Assembly: GCA_022813965.1 (NCBI GenBank)
Contig: JALDZS010000050.1
Span: forward strand, 1-64,000
From: Toensbergia leucococca
Lineage: Eukaryota
Reading direction: 5' to 3'
DNA length: 64,000 nucleotides
Under the pieces are notes generated by a model. It was not told the DNA's origin and did no database searches. It saw only the letters and a list, made by a program, of their open reading frames with translations. This document shows positions 37,157-50,202 of this stretch, piece by piece (positions within the stretch are counted from its first letter, which is position 1; each line of letters begins with the position of its first letter). The position numbers and the translations under genes were made by a program.

Positions 37157-39739
37157 TCAATGGATCATACCCGCATCCTTCATAACCTCACTATACTTCA
37201 CATAGCGCGCCACGCTAGCAACGCGCCATTTGCGACCAAAGTAAATAAGGATTAAAAAGGAGGCCGTTTGGGCCAGGGCCGCAAAGCCAGCGACGACAAA
37301 GGCGTTTTGGAGGCCCATGTTTGTGACCCAAGGGGTAAGTCTGGCAGGTGTAAAAAAAAATCATCAGTAAAAATTGTTACTGGGCGTATTAAAGTGGGGG
37401 GGGGGAGAGAAAAAAAGGGGGTTTTCCCCGAAAAAAGCCAAAATCAAAAACAGTGAAACGAAGAAGGGGCAAAAAACGTACCCGTAACCAATGGCAAAGC
37501 TCATGGTGTTCCGGACCAATATCACGCTCACAATGGCATCCCCGCTCAGGGCGCGATAGCTGTCGATGCAGTAGTTGATCGAGACTTGGCATCCGACGGT
37601 GCACATGCAGGAAATGGTGCCGATGGCCCAGATGAGACCGAACCATTGCACGTGGTGTGCAGCGCCGACGCCCCAGAGGATGAGGCCAAAGGGAAGGAGG
37701 ATGACTTGAGGGGTCAAGAGCCAAAGGCGGTATTCGGATTGCCAGATGCCAGCGTTGCGGCGGGTCATCCGGAGCATGAACCAGTCGCCAAAGGGTCCGG
37801 TGTAGAAGAAGCTGAGAAGGTTAGTCAGTGTCTTGAAGCTGACTGGGTGCGGTGGGGCTTCGATGCAGAGGATTATGACATGAGTGTTTCGGTAGGGACG
37901 TAGATAGATGCTAGAGATGAGTGACTGGCAAGCACTACTATGCAGTTGGAGCCACCCACTTGCGCATGAAACATTGAAATAAATGGACAGAGGGTGATGG
38001 ATGAACAGAAGAAATACTCAATGACGGTCTCATTTTCAAATCAAACAGCAACAATTACCAGAAAACTTTACTCTCAGTGCTAGCTATCGAGGCAGACTAG
38101 GAGAATGACTTACGCAATTACTGTGCCGATCAATGGCGACAAGTAAGACAGCCCAACCATCGAAGCCTTGAAGTTGTAGGGAGGGCTTCCGAGAATCAAG
38201 GAAGCAGTACCTGTAAAACGAATTAGCCCATACATACCTAAACAGAGCAGAGTAACAAACCGTTGAGGACGTTGAACCAAACAAGATTGGCGCCATAAGT
38301 GAAACCAGCATAGAAGATAACCGGAAATGTCACAAATTTGAGCGGTCGAATCACCATACTTAGTAATCTGTTAGGCTGTCGAAGTTGATCCTTTCGGAAC
38401 AACTTCAATTTATCAAGATACGTCGTCTTCGACTCGCCGCGAGAGCCTGTCTCGAATTCCGCAACAATCGGACTCGAAGCATCACCTTTCCGCATTTCTG
38501 GGGTCACGGATCCTTTCTCAGACTCAATGACTTGCGAGCTTCCTTCGCTTTCTGTTGCGGCTTTCTCTACTAGAGCAGATTGTCTGTTGTAATTCGTTTC
38601 TTCCATGAAAAAGAACAAGAAGACGAAGCCCATGGCATTCCATATGGCGGCCCAGTACTGAGACACTTAGCTTTACTCTAGTCACGAGTGATTGAACTCA
38701 CCAAAACCCACTGCCATCCTTGCCCAACGTCGATGAAACCTGCAAAGACGGGGCAAAGGGAATTACTGCCAACGATGAACAAGGCATACAATGCCATGTA
38801 GCGCCCACGTTCATGTGTAAAATACTAGGGTTATTTAGCATGTTCCTGGAATTCAAACACTATTGAGTCTCACAATGTCTGTAACGGAGATTTCGCACAG
38901 TGATTCGATCGGAGCTGTGAAAAAGCCTTGGACAATTCTGCTTGCGAACCATTGACCGTTGGTATTGATATGTGGAGCCCATATTTGTGTACCCTAATTT
39001 CACCGATCAACTAACATCGTCTGAGGTCTGATTAGATTTACCAACCACTATACCCAAGAGCGAGATCAAGTATACAGGGCGCTTCCCATACTGCAATGCT
39101 AAAGGTTGCCAAAACAAGCATCCCCATCCGGCAAGTAGAAACTACAAATTCGTTAGCGCAAACTCTCCATCAGCTTATCTACGCCTCAGTCTGGCGGGCA
39201 GTCAACATTCGTGGTCGGGCACCCCGCACAAGGTCAATTCTAGACACGATGCTATTGGATTGATATCCGAGCACAAACGCCGCCAAACGTTCATGAATGT
39301 GGAACACGCTAAACAAACACCACCACACTCCAAATGACTGCCGACTAATTGAAAGTTGAAAACTTACAAAGTAACCAGTCCCAGCATTCAAATCAGCCAC
39401 GGTGAGGTCGGTCTTTTTCGTTATAGGTACAAGAACTGAATAGATAGCGGCTGAAGCAAGACCAGACATCAACGTGTAACTAATCTCAGTTCAGCGGAAA
39501 TCGTATTGCTCTGGGAGGAAACCAACTTACACACACATACATGTCGTCGAAAGAGCCTTTCGCCTGGGAGTCCAATTCAATGGGTCATCTGGGTCATTAG
39601 ATGGAGCAGGCACAAGCACTACATCGTGTGGACCATTCTCGGCATGCTTTGCACGAATAGTTCCATCCAGATCTACCAGATGCACTGTTCCGGGTACATT
39701 ACTGCCATCTGTTGGGTCGAGGGGATCCGATGAATGCAT
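37157..39739 (-). CDS. HOL1-like MFS transporter (multi-intron)
   Basis: VPGTVHLVD...[80 protein letters not shown]; stop at 37157. Confidence 0.88.
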
Positions 39740-41271
39740 GACAGATCAAGGAGTCTCAATTGCACGGGTTGCAGCAGACGGTGATTTCGCGACAATAAGT
39801 GATGCGTGTATGAAATGGAATAAGAGCAGAGTTTTCTCGGTCAAACAATGAATGTGGAGTAGTCGAATTGTGGATGCAGGCTAAAAAACAAAACCGCGAT
39901 AGCTATCCGTATTCAAATCAATAACGAAAACTGGTTGGAGGTACAGATCTTTCGATTGTGGCAGCTCGTGGGCGTGATGCGCACGAGGCCCACGGGAATT
40001 TGTAGATGTAATTGGACAAGAGGGACGAACGAGAGTTAAAAAATATACGAAGACATGAATTCGAGTAGGAAGACCAAGGAAGTGGAAGCGATGGTGCGGG
40101 ACAGTTTGTAGGAACTCTGCTCTAGACAAGGAACATTCAGGGGGATTGAGGAGGCCAGGCTATAATAGTGAAAGCGTAAATGAGATTCTGATACTAGATT
40201 AGGGTTACTTGCTCTAGCTAGAAGATAGACACGGTACTTTTCCAACACGGGTTGCAGCGTGGCGTACGCCTGCGCATGCACAATGAATTCCCACATGGTA
40301 AATGCATTGTACCAGGGTTCAGCCGCAGCTCGATCTGCAATGCAAAGGGGCGTTAAACAATGTTGATCAGGAGGGAATGCTAAAGCAAGCCTCTCACAGC
40401 AACTCGCAACGTTAACTGAAGTTGAATGAACACGCTCCGAACTCGTGTGGATAAGGTTTGAGAGCGGGAAGGGACGGTAAGCGAAGCGTGGAGGTGAGGG
40501 GACTCGATGATGAATAAAAAGACGTGACATGTGGGGGGAGAAAGGGAGAAAGGGGAGTAGCTCATGCGGTACAGGCATGTTAAGTTGAGGACAGTCGCAA
40601 GGTTACACCATACCGCTATTGAGACCAATGAAAGGACAGAGACTTGATTGGCTATGGCACTAACTTCCGATAGGTATGGCGCGGTTTTCGCGGAAGCGGG
40701 TGCGTGGTCGAATCGCTAGTGAAAGGTTAAAGGTCGCTAGTGGATGGTTAAACGTCACTAACGCGGTCGAATGTACACCGCTAAAAACGGTCGGCAGGGA
40801 TTACAGATGGCCCCCAAATATCATGTACAGAATCTACATGGTTCTTGAGATGGCAATTAGCTATTGAGACATGGACAGAAGTACCAAAGACGACGAATGG
40901 GGTTGATCGCTTGGATGAAATTACGCATGAGTGCACGGTTTCTTCAATAAACCAGCCATTGCAGACAATCAAGTCAGACTAATCGAGAATGGACCATGTC
41001 GAGTAGCAGCTTGTGAAAATATATACTTTTCGCTCAGGTATTTGATGTACCTACTAGCGCGTCTAGCTACAACGCCACCTACTCCTCGACTCGGGGAAGC
41101 TCGGGACAATGTAGTGATACAATCAAAACTCCACACCTAGATAATCTAGATGGCAGAGAACCGCCAGCCGAGCGCAGTGAGTAAGTCGAAAGACTCCAGA
41201 GGCCAGCCCAAACGAGTAAGGTATCCATGGTACAAATGGCACAGTCAAAACCCCGGTACTTGTCGCCCAGT

Positions 41272-42575
41272 TCACACTGCATGAACCTCAAACTCCTGCT
41301 TGACGTGAATAGCATTCATCATAATATCGTCCCCTGATTCCGAATCCTTTCTCGTCCCTCCCTGTACTACTGTTGTGAGTGGAAGGCTTTGCCCGCTGCC
41401 CTCATGCGTCAGACCATGTCCGTTTTTGTCTTCCAGACGCGAGAATTGTTTGGATGTTGGCCAAGTCCCTCGAGAGTTGGTTCCACTGTTGTTCGCTTTC
41501 GAGCTTATAGGGCCCATGAAACCGCGACGTAGCCGAGCTGGTAGTATGACATTGATGAGGGGGCGCATGACAGGAAGGCAGGCGCAAATTACACCGACCG
41601 CGGGCTCGATGACCGTCCAGATCATGGCGTTTGTAAAAGCCCCTTGGGATCCTCATCAATAACGAATCTCAACAATACGGAATGCAGGAGAAACTCACAA
41701 GTGGCATCTGGGTTATCAAGATTCAATATGGCACTGAGTAGTCGAATGAGACTGGCAGCACATACGCTGCACGAGGCTGTAAGTAAGTTGCACGAACCCC
41801 ATTTGAGGGTGACGAGGTATCCGAGTGACTTACAATGAACCAAGTAAAAAGATGAAAGTCAATGCAATCTTTTGACCTTTCGGAAGTTGGAGATTCCACA
41901 CCACTCGCATTGGAAGAGTCAAAATAATGACATCGGTAGAAATGTTGACCACAGCATATCCAATCGAGTAATTCTCGAAGTTGATACAGTGTCCCGGTAT
42001 TGATTTATTCCAAAATGACTGCACTGGTAGGCAATTCACAATTCCCATTATGAACGCTACCATCCACCAGACCAACAGGACGGAACCGACAGCAACAACG
42101 GCAAGGTAGAATTGGCGATTGGAAAATATTCTCTTGTACATGAGAAGAATGCACATCTTGATCGTTGGAGGCGTCGTGACATAGACCAGGTTGAATGCAT
42201 ATAGGAGTTTTCGAAACATGTAAAGGTCTTCGGCACTGACAACCTGGATATGTCGCCCGACTCCATAATGTATGCCTTACTCTTTCATTAGCATAGTCGA
42301 GATGCAAAGTCCATGGCATCTTACATGCGATAGCGAAACCACAGCAACTCCAAACCAACACCTGTCATGCCATAATCAGCAGCCGAGCGAGCGTCGGATC
42401 AGGTTTAACAAACCAGAGCAAACACGCATGTCCAGTCATCCGCTTCCCATCGTAGATTTTTTATTTTTCTAGATGCCAAGCGGCCAATGACTGCGAGTGT
42501 AGCGAGGACAGAAACCGGTATGATGATGGCAGTGGTTTCCGGGCCGCGATTCTCCTGGAGAAACGGAGTAGACAT
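41272..42575 (-). CDS. PTH11-like integral membrane protein (fungal rhodopsin domain, no CFEM)
   Basis: ENRGP...WEADDW, IKMCILLMYKRIF, NISTDVIILTLPM, WTVIEPAVGVICACLPVMRP; GT-AG introns. Confidence 0.88.
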
Positions 42576-43246
42576 GATGGATCAATCTGCAAAGAAGGCC
42601 GTCTCACGATACCGGCGACGTCCAAAATGTCAAAGAATGGTTATATGTATAATTGTGCAACATGATGAAGATTGAAGATGGTTAATGAAGAGATTAGCTA
42701 TCTCGCCTCGGTGATTTAATCACTTTCCCTGATAGTGACAAAAGGGACTTGCCGAGCATGGAGTGACAGGGAAGCTTGACATACCAACGTTGCTCCGCGA
42801 GCCCAAGTCTTTGCTCGAGCATTAGCGTAGCTCACTAATGCATGGCCCGAACCAAGTTGGTGGGCGGTACGGGCCATATCGGGCTTTTCTTCAGCCATTT
42901 TCACACACAAAGGAGTGCGACTTTCTTAGCGTCCCCTGAGTCGAAGCCTCGTCTGCGCCTAGGAGCGCCACTCAGAGCGCCACTTTTGAATTCCCGAGCC
43001 CCCACTCCCCCTGTTTTTATCTTTTGGTATCGGCCGATGGCCAGCTGCTACCTGTACAATAGCCGGTGCTAATGCTTAGGCATACTTAGCCTGTCGGAAC
43101 TCTTTCCAATTGGAGGGACCCCACGCCTGAGCATGCCCAATGTTTCACTTCCCAACCTCGTACCTGAAATCTGGAGCTCCTTGGGTAATGTTTTACCTTT
43201 TTTGTCTCTCTGGGATCTCTGTAGAAACGTCGGCAACTGGCTGCTA

Positions 43247-43348
43247 CTCGGCAAGACATACCTTGACTTTGATTCATACTTCTTCGTTAGTCTCATACTC
43301 GTCAAAACATACCTTGAGCTCTATTCAGACTTCCTAATTAGTCTCATG
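43247..43348 (+). repeat. Two imperfect 51-bp tandem copies upstream of the amidase
   Basis: CTCGGCAAGACATACCTTGAC...TTAGTCTCATA and CTCGTCAAAACATACCTTGAG...TTAGTCTCATG. Confidence 0.85.
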
Positions 43349-43443
43349 CTCGCTTATAACGACAATCTCAGAGCATCTACTTGATCTCCCGTTCCAATTG
43401 TTTCAAGCAAAGCCCTGCGACCTAAATTGGAAACTTGGAAACA

Positions 43444-45560
43444 ATGACCTTGTCACATCAATCAACATGGCAGGAAATTTCTCGGCAGAAGAAGGAGTAT
43501 CGAGATCAGACAATAGCTCAAGTCAAGCCCCCAATCCCTTGTATTCCGGCCGATGTTCCTAGCAATGTGACGTCCATACCTGGAGAGCTTCTCTCAAAGG
43601 CAGAGATTACAATCACAGAGACCGCACCGGAGGTCCTCGTCATTGATCTGGCTGCTGGCCGTTTGACAAGTACTGAGGTGACGAATGCCTTCTTGCGACG
43701 TGCTGGACTAGCACAAAAGCTGGTATACATGAGATCAAGCCCTGACTTAGCAATCCGCTTACGCACAGCTGCTGGCAGGTGAACTGCGTGACTGAACTGC
43801 TGCCGGAACGAGCTCTCGCGCGGGCTGGAGAGTTGGATGCATATTATGCCGAACATAAGCAACCCATCGGTCCATTACATGGCCTACCGATCAGTGTCAA
43901 AGAACATGTTGGCATGAAAGGCCTAGACATGAATGCTGGTTTCATGAGCTGGGTCGGTGACATTGCTGAGGGTGATGCGCATGTCTTGCAAATCTTATGG
44001 AAGGCTGGCTGCGTGTTCTATGTCCGAACAACAGAGCCGCAGGGTTTGGTAAGGAGCTTGAAATTCATATATTGGTCTCAAAGACCGTATCAGCATCATT
44101 CGTTATCTAGTACTATTAGCCTCCTACTTCACATCTGTCTCTATGTCAAGTCTGAACATCCTACCCACATGGCTAATAGACCCTCCTAAAGATGATGATC
44201 GAAACCTCTAGTAATATCTACGGCACCACCGTAAACCCTCATAATACCACTCTAACTCCGGGTGGCTCATCTGGTGGTGAAGGTGCTCTCTTGGCTCTAC
44301 GCGGCAGCTGTCTAAGTGTCAGTACAGACATTGGTAACTTGATCTTCTCAAATGTCCGATATATCCAGGGCTAAAGGGTCAAAGGTGGCAGTATTCGAGT
44401 CCCAGCCGCAAATTGTGGCCTCTACGGCTTGCGCCCCACAGCTCACCGCATCCCTTTGGTGGGTCTTAAGGCCCCAAACATGGGTTGCGAGGGGATTTGG
44501 CCGGTTATTGGGCCACAAAGCCCGACACTAGACGGCATCAAGTTATTCATGAGAGCGGTGCTAGGATCGAAACCTTGGAAAAGTGACCTAAGCCTACTGC
44601 CCCTTCCCTGGCGAGATAATGAGCACCATCTGGGGCAGGAGGGGGCCAAGAAACTGAAGGTTGGGATCCTATGGAGCGATGAGGTTGTGAAACCACAGCC
44701 ACCAATCACGAGAGCGCTGAAAGAGGTGGCGGAGAAACTCCGGGGCGTGCCAGGGATAGAGTTGGTAGACTGGAAGCCATGGAAGCACGAGTATGCCTGG
44801 GAACTCGCTGTAAGTTTGTAATCACAATATCGCATCAAATCTGATGACTGCTGTTGTTCTAGTCCAAGCTATATCTTCCCGACAATGGAAAAGAATATTC
44901 GGATCATATCGATGCATCCGGCGAACCCTGGCAGCCCCTCATAAATTGGATTATCAAGAACAATCCGCATGTCGAGAATCAGAGTGTCCACGACGTCTGG
45001 CGCTGGACTATAGAACGCGAAATATACCGAGGAGGTTATGGCCAAGGTTGTCATCATATTTCCCTTTTCAATGGTATATTCAGCTGATTAGGTCAGCCTG
45101 GATTGATACAGCCATCGGTACAGATGCGAACGGGGAGCCTCAAGGTATGGTAGATGTCATTCTCTGCCCCGTAGGTCCCGGACCTGCGCCTAGGCTGGGC
45201 AACAGTCGGTACTGGCCATACACGAGCCAGTGGAACCTACTCGACTATCCCGCGCTTGTCTTCCCCGTAACGAAAGTGGATCCGAGCAAAGATGTAAAAG
45301 ATGAAGGATATACGCCAATGAATGAAAAGGACAAGTACAATCATGATCTTTATGATCCAGAAAACTTCAAAGACGCGCCTGTGTCGTTGCAGCTGGTCGG
45401 AAGAAGATTTGAGGATGAGAAGGTATGCCAGACGCCTCTTGAGTGTACTGATAATCTCAATGACTAACTGATCAACCCTTGCCAGGTTGTAGAGGCTTTG
45501 GAGTATATAAAGGAGAAAATCGGCCTTCCATTCATCAATCCGTTGAATAGCAATGCCTGA
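43444..45560 (+). CDS. Amidase-signature family protein (acetamidase/general amidase-like; multi-intron)
   Basis: GPLHGLPISVKE (catalytic Lys), GGSSGGEG, STDIG|GSIRVPA, WNLLDYP. Confidence 0.92.
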
Positions 45561-45629
45561 AGATATGCTTCTTTGTAGATGACTAGCCTGTATAGATTGA
45601 AGATATTTCACTGACATAGGTAGCAACCT

Positions 45630-46784
45630 TCAACTGCAGAGTCTCGAAGGTTTCTCCAAAATACCGTTGACTTCTTCTTCTGTCAAGCTGATGCCAAAAT
45701 ACTTTTTCAACGCCCTGATTCTCTCGTCCTCAGTCTTAACCGTTTCCAGAGGTTCCACGTTACCTTCTACTTTTTTGTGAAGGTTATCGCCGTCCATAAT
45801 AATCATACCGACGAGTTCTTCATCTTTTCGCAAATACTTCATGCATATAACTTTCTGTGTGAACCAAGAGGCTTTGTTCGTAGAGGTGTACCATCTGATG
45901 ATAACAAAGTCTTGAGGGAGGAAAGAAATGGAGGTGAATGCGTAGACTGGTGTAAATGCGTGATCCTGACTGTGGGAAAATATTAGCCCGAAGTTCAATA
46001 CTTCCTGCTAGGGCTCTTTAGAAGCACAGTCCAGTGCCACAAAAAAAGGCATATTCGACCACGCGTTCAGCGAGGTCCCTCTAGGCATTGACGAAGCACG
46101 CTCGGGTCTCTCTTTGAACTTTGTCAATGCATAAACAACGAGATGTCGTACCTTTTCCTCTGCTCGAATATCCATAGCCTCTCAGATTCTCGCTGTGTCT
46201 TTACCAAATCCTGAGATAAGCGTAGTTCTTGCTTCCCAACGCCAGCTGAAATCAAATTTGACTCAAGAAGGAGTGGTTTTGAAGGGCCTAGGCCACCAAA
46301 TGCAACGTCGACAAGGTAGGATTTACCGTTCAGGCGAACGAAGTTGATCATATGGGTCCTAGACTCGGTCAGTAGATTGAATAGTATGCTGCATGTTCTG
46401 TTGAACGTACCATCCAAAATACCAGTCTCCTGTGCTACCGCCGGCAGCAGCATGCACTCTTGCGCCATGCATACTAACATCGAAGCCTAGGCCCTGCAAG
46501 ATCAAACCAAATAGCCTGTTCAAGGTGATACAACCTCCGCCCTTGCCTGTTCCAACGACTTGTTCATATATATTGTTCGGGTCGAGAGAAGCAGAATTTG
46601 AGTTGCTATAGTGTGCATAGAGATTGTCAAAAGGGATTGAGGAGATGTTGTGCCTGATGAGCTTTTCGAGCCATGGTATTGAAGGCTCCGGGAATTGGGC
46701 GGCTTCAGAGGAAAGGTCGATGGATTTGAGATAGGTACGAATCTGGTCAGGAGTGTAAGAGACGTCTTCTGCTGGTCTCTCCAT
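45630..46784 (-). CDS. Arylamine N-acetyltransferase (2 introns)
   Basis: YLKSI, IPFDNL, GGGC (catalytic Cys), HMINFV (His) and YLVDVAFGG (Asp) triad; LKKYFGI C-terminus. Confidence 0.88.
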
Positions 46785-48332
46785 GACCAAAGGTCGCTAG
46801 AATGGGGGGTGCAGAGGCGAACTGAATATTCTAGTTATTCTTTCAAAAATACAAAAAGTGAGATGCTGAGGGCGCAGCGCAAAAAGTGGAGGATGGAAAA
46901 GTATAAATGTGCATTCCTTAACATGGTTAAAGTCACCAAATTGGAAGGAGCAAAAGGCAGGGATCCATAGGACGGAGGGATGCATCATGCACCATTTCCC
47001 ATTTCCGCATTTCTATGCTTTCTGTGACAGCAAGATTCGTTAGATAATCGCAGCTATCATAGGTAAGCCTCAATATAGAATACGGTAAGGTACCTACTCC
47101 GCTCGCTCCGATACCCGAGGGTAGAATGGCCACAAGTGCCGGGTGGTGGGGATACCCTCCACCTCCAATCAATCGAACTCGATCTACGCATAAACCATCC
47201 AACATATCAATCCTCGTCCTCATCCTCATTGTCATTTACTCCGCATCAGTTGCTTCAGAGACAAGACACTATTCAAGCATCTGGCTCCAAGGAAGCCTAT
47301 CGAGACATCTAGCTAAGCCACAGAGTCTCCTCCTCAAACCGATAAGCTACTGCTTTCTTTCTAATTGCTAGAATATCTGACACTCGTTTGATTTATAAGT
47401 ATATTGGCCGTACTGGTGTACTGCATATGAATTGCAAGGGAGACAAAAGGGCTTGAGAAGATTTACTCAAGTCACTAGTGATTCGAAACATGGACTGTGA
47501 ATCGTCCCCTGCATCTTTTTTTTTCCGTTCAGATCTTTCTCGAAAAGTCGTATTGTTTGCTCGCTTTTCACTTGAACGGACCTTGAATTATAAGATGGAT
47601 CCAATCGACAGCCTTTACTGCTCATACCCAACCTTCATTTCATATGGAGATCCTCACTGGAATGTACTTCTCCCTTAGGAGATTGAACTATTATCACCAT
47701 CCTTCTTGGTAGGTAAAACTTCAGACTGGATGAAGCCCGTCCGTGTCCTGACGAATGATTTTCTGCATACCTTGAATCCTGCTTATAAGCTGGCCGCTGA
47801 ATGCAAGAATCTCTGACTCCGGATGCCTTGAATAGCAAAGAACATAATGCAGCCGTTTTCTCTAATACTTCAGACCCACCGTGGAAACTATCAGAATTGT
47901 GAAGAGACACGTCAAGAACGCTCTCTTGGTGTTTGCCGATGCACTTCTTGCGCGTGTCTAGTCAACACAATTATTGACTTACTAGTTCAATCCGTGTTAA
48001 CTCCAAGGCTGTTAACCCGGAAGCCGTTGAATCCAAGGGTATAAGATCGTCTCTCTCTTTCGAACGAGGCCCTTTTTTGTTCTGGAGAACGTTTGATCCT
48101 GCACCTTAAACCACAAAATTCAACAATCGCCGGCATACGTCTTGGCTGACAATATTTCCACACTCACTACCACGCTTTTAATACTCTCAAAGGAAATCGT
48201 TCTCACCAAGATATCAGGACATCCCTTTGACACATCAGAGCTTTGTCAACGTTGAACTTTTTCCGTCGAGACTTACTACCTAAAACCGCCTTACCACTCT
48301 ACCTACGAAGGTTCAGCGCCTTTCCGACCACG

Positions 48333-49595
48333 ATGAATCTCCCACAAGAAGTGCTTGTTGAGATTTGCAGGCACATCTCTCATAAGATAGATATCCAGCA
48401 GATCCGACTAGTTAACAAGGCTTTCGCCGCTGCTGGCAAGATATTCCTTGTCTCGAAAATCCAGCATCTACTACCAAGTCGCAATCTCGAGGCCCTCATA
48501 TATATATCTAACGATCCATGTATGAGAAAATACGTTCGTCATATCAAATTCAATGACATACGATGTACCTCGGAGTATCTAGATCAGAATAGATGGGACG
48601 AGTGGTGGAAATGGCGGTGTCATGGTGTTGATAAGTTCCAATCGCTCCATCCTTCCAAGCACTATTGGAATCTTTATCAAGAGGTGTACAATGAAGACGA
48701 ATCCAGCAGGCAGCGAGGTCTAGATACGGCAGCATTTCATTTGACTTTAGGGAGATTTCCAAATCTAGAAAGCGTGACTTTCACGGACGAATACCGCACA
48801 GTAGATCTGGAATATTTTTCAATCCCACCGAAAGAGATTTTCTGGCTTCCTGAGCCTGTGCAATGGCCGTGGAAAACGCCCTTGGAAGATGTATGCATGT
48901 GGGACTCGGTGACCTCACCTTATCAAACGTTTGTGGTTGTCATCCGTGCATTATCGTTCATGAGATGCAACATACGGCGACTCTCGATAGCAGGCTACTT
49001 TGTTGGGATATCTCATAGGCTTTTCATGACCTCGGGCCCAGATTTAGATCATTTATACAACGTCTTCCAGAATCTGCGTGAGGTAGCGCTTCATATCTGG
49101 ACTTATAATAATGAACTACTTTGGGAGGAAGCCATGCGATCCGGATCCCTCGCCAAAGTGCTATCCAAGGCAACGCTGCTCCAATCGTTGGATCTTGATT
49201 TTTCTCAACGTGACCCTCCAGAAGGACATACCATGGCAACATTTAGGTTCTCGACTGGCTTCGGTGACCTCACATGGTGCCACCTTCGTCGTCTGGCTTT
49301 GACCGGAATGTTTGTGGGTCATTTTGATCTAACAGGGTTCTTGATACGCCACGCCGGAACTTTGCAAGATGTCAAAATGCATAGCCTTTGGTTATCGACA
49401 CCATCGTGGTCATGTTGGCCAATTCTATTCTCCGAACTCCACCGACACTCGGTAACTTGGCGGAGTTGCAAGTTTACGAGGCTATGGGACGAGCACGCTA
49501 ATTATAGATCGCTCCCATCTGAAGATGTGGTGGAATACCTGCGCTCAGGAGGTAAAAATCCATGCTATGGACACAGTTGTTGGGATAGGGTTTAA
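48333..49595 (+). CDS. Intronless F-box-like protein (intact paralogue of 1120-2388)
   Basis: MNLPQEVLVEICRHI...IRLVNKAF followed by an LRR-like region; clear similarity to the first copy. Confidence 0.82.
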   Translation: MNLPQEVLVEICRHISHKIDIQQIRLVNKAFAAAGKIFLVSKIQHLLPSRNLEALIYISNDPCMRKYVRHIKFNDIRCTSEYLDQNRWDEWWKWRCHGVDKFQSLHPSKHYWNLYQEVYNEDESSRQRGLDTAAFHLTLGRFPNLESVTFTDEYRTVDLEYFSIPPKEIFWLPEPVQWPWKTPLEDVCMWDSVTSPYQTFVVVIRALSFMRCNIRRLSIAGYFVGISHRLFMTSGPDLDHLYNVFQNLREVALHIWTYNNELLWEEAMRSGSLAKVLSKATLLQSLDLDFSQRDPPEGHTMATFRFSTGFGDLTWCHLRRLALTGMFVGHFDLTGFLIRHAGTLQDVKMHSLWLSTPSWSCWPILFSELHRHSVTWRSCKFTRLWDEHANYRSLPSEDVVEYLRSGGKNPCYGHSCWDRV

Positions 49596-50202
49596 GGAGA
49601 TATCGAGATGATGGGATTGCGGTTGGGGAAGTGATGGTAGGGAAGGGGGTGCTTTTGTGTTGTGGAATTTGATTACTTTACCTTCTATGGCCCCTTTTTC
49701 TTCATCGGCGGGGGATCTCGGTCTCTTTTGCTGAGTTCATTTAAGCACGGGCGTCCCTGGGTGATTTTGAAGACTAAGATTGGTTGGTAATTCCTCGGAT
49801 CTCAGATTTCTCTTTTCTGGGGTGTTTCTCTTACGGTGGTGAGGATGATGAGAATGATGAGGCGGAGGGTGAGGATGGGGGATGAATAGGGAAAGGGGAG
49901 GTGAGAGATTTGCTTGAACATCTTTGGTGTGAGTTGGTAGGGGAGGGAGGACTTGAGGATTCTGGTCTCATAAACAGTGCATGCATATTCAGTCTCTTTG
50001 AAAGGAAAAATTGATTTCAGAACCTCTGAATCAGTAGTATCTCAACAAATACGCACGATCTAATCTACAAAATCAAAAACAAAAAACGCACGCACGCACA
50101 ATCTTCATCAATACCCGAAACTAAACCCTCACAACAGAAAAACATGACCAAAGCCCCCTTCCAAACCCCACCACTCACCATTCTCAGAACCACGTCCCCT
50201 AC

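Noticed and set aside
38211..38260. Recursive or twin intron (internal TTTAG|GTATGT on the minus strand)
   Set aside because: The sub-introns would be only 23 and 27 nt; a single 50-nt intron restores the frame.
39184..39230. TPP riboswitch-like GGGTG...CTGAG on the minus strand
   Set aside because: It lacks the downstream TGAT...TAAT...GCG aptamer half and there is no room before the 3' splice site.
40036..40578. 180-aa ORF upstream of the MFS gene
   Set aside because: No motif or splice support; treated as a probable chance ORF in a long intergenic region.
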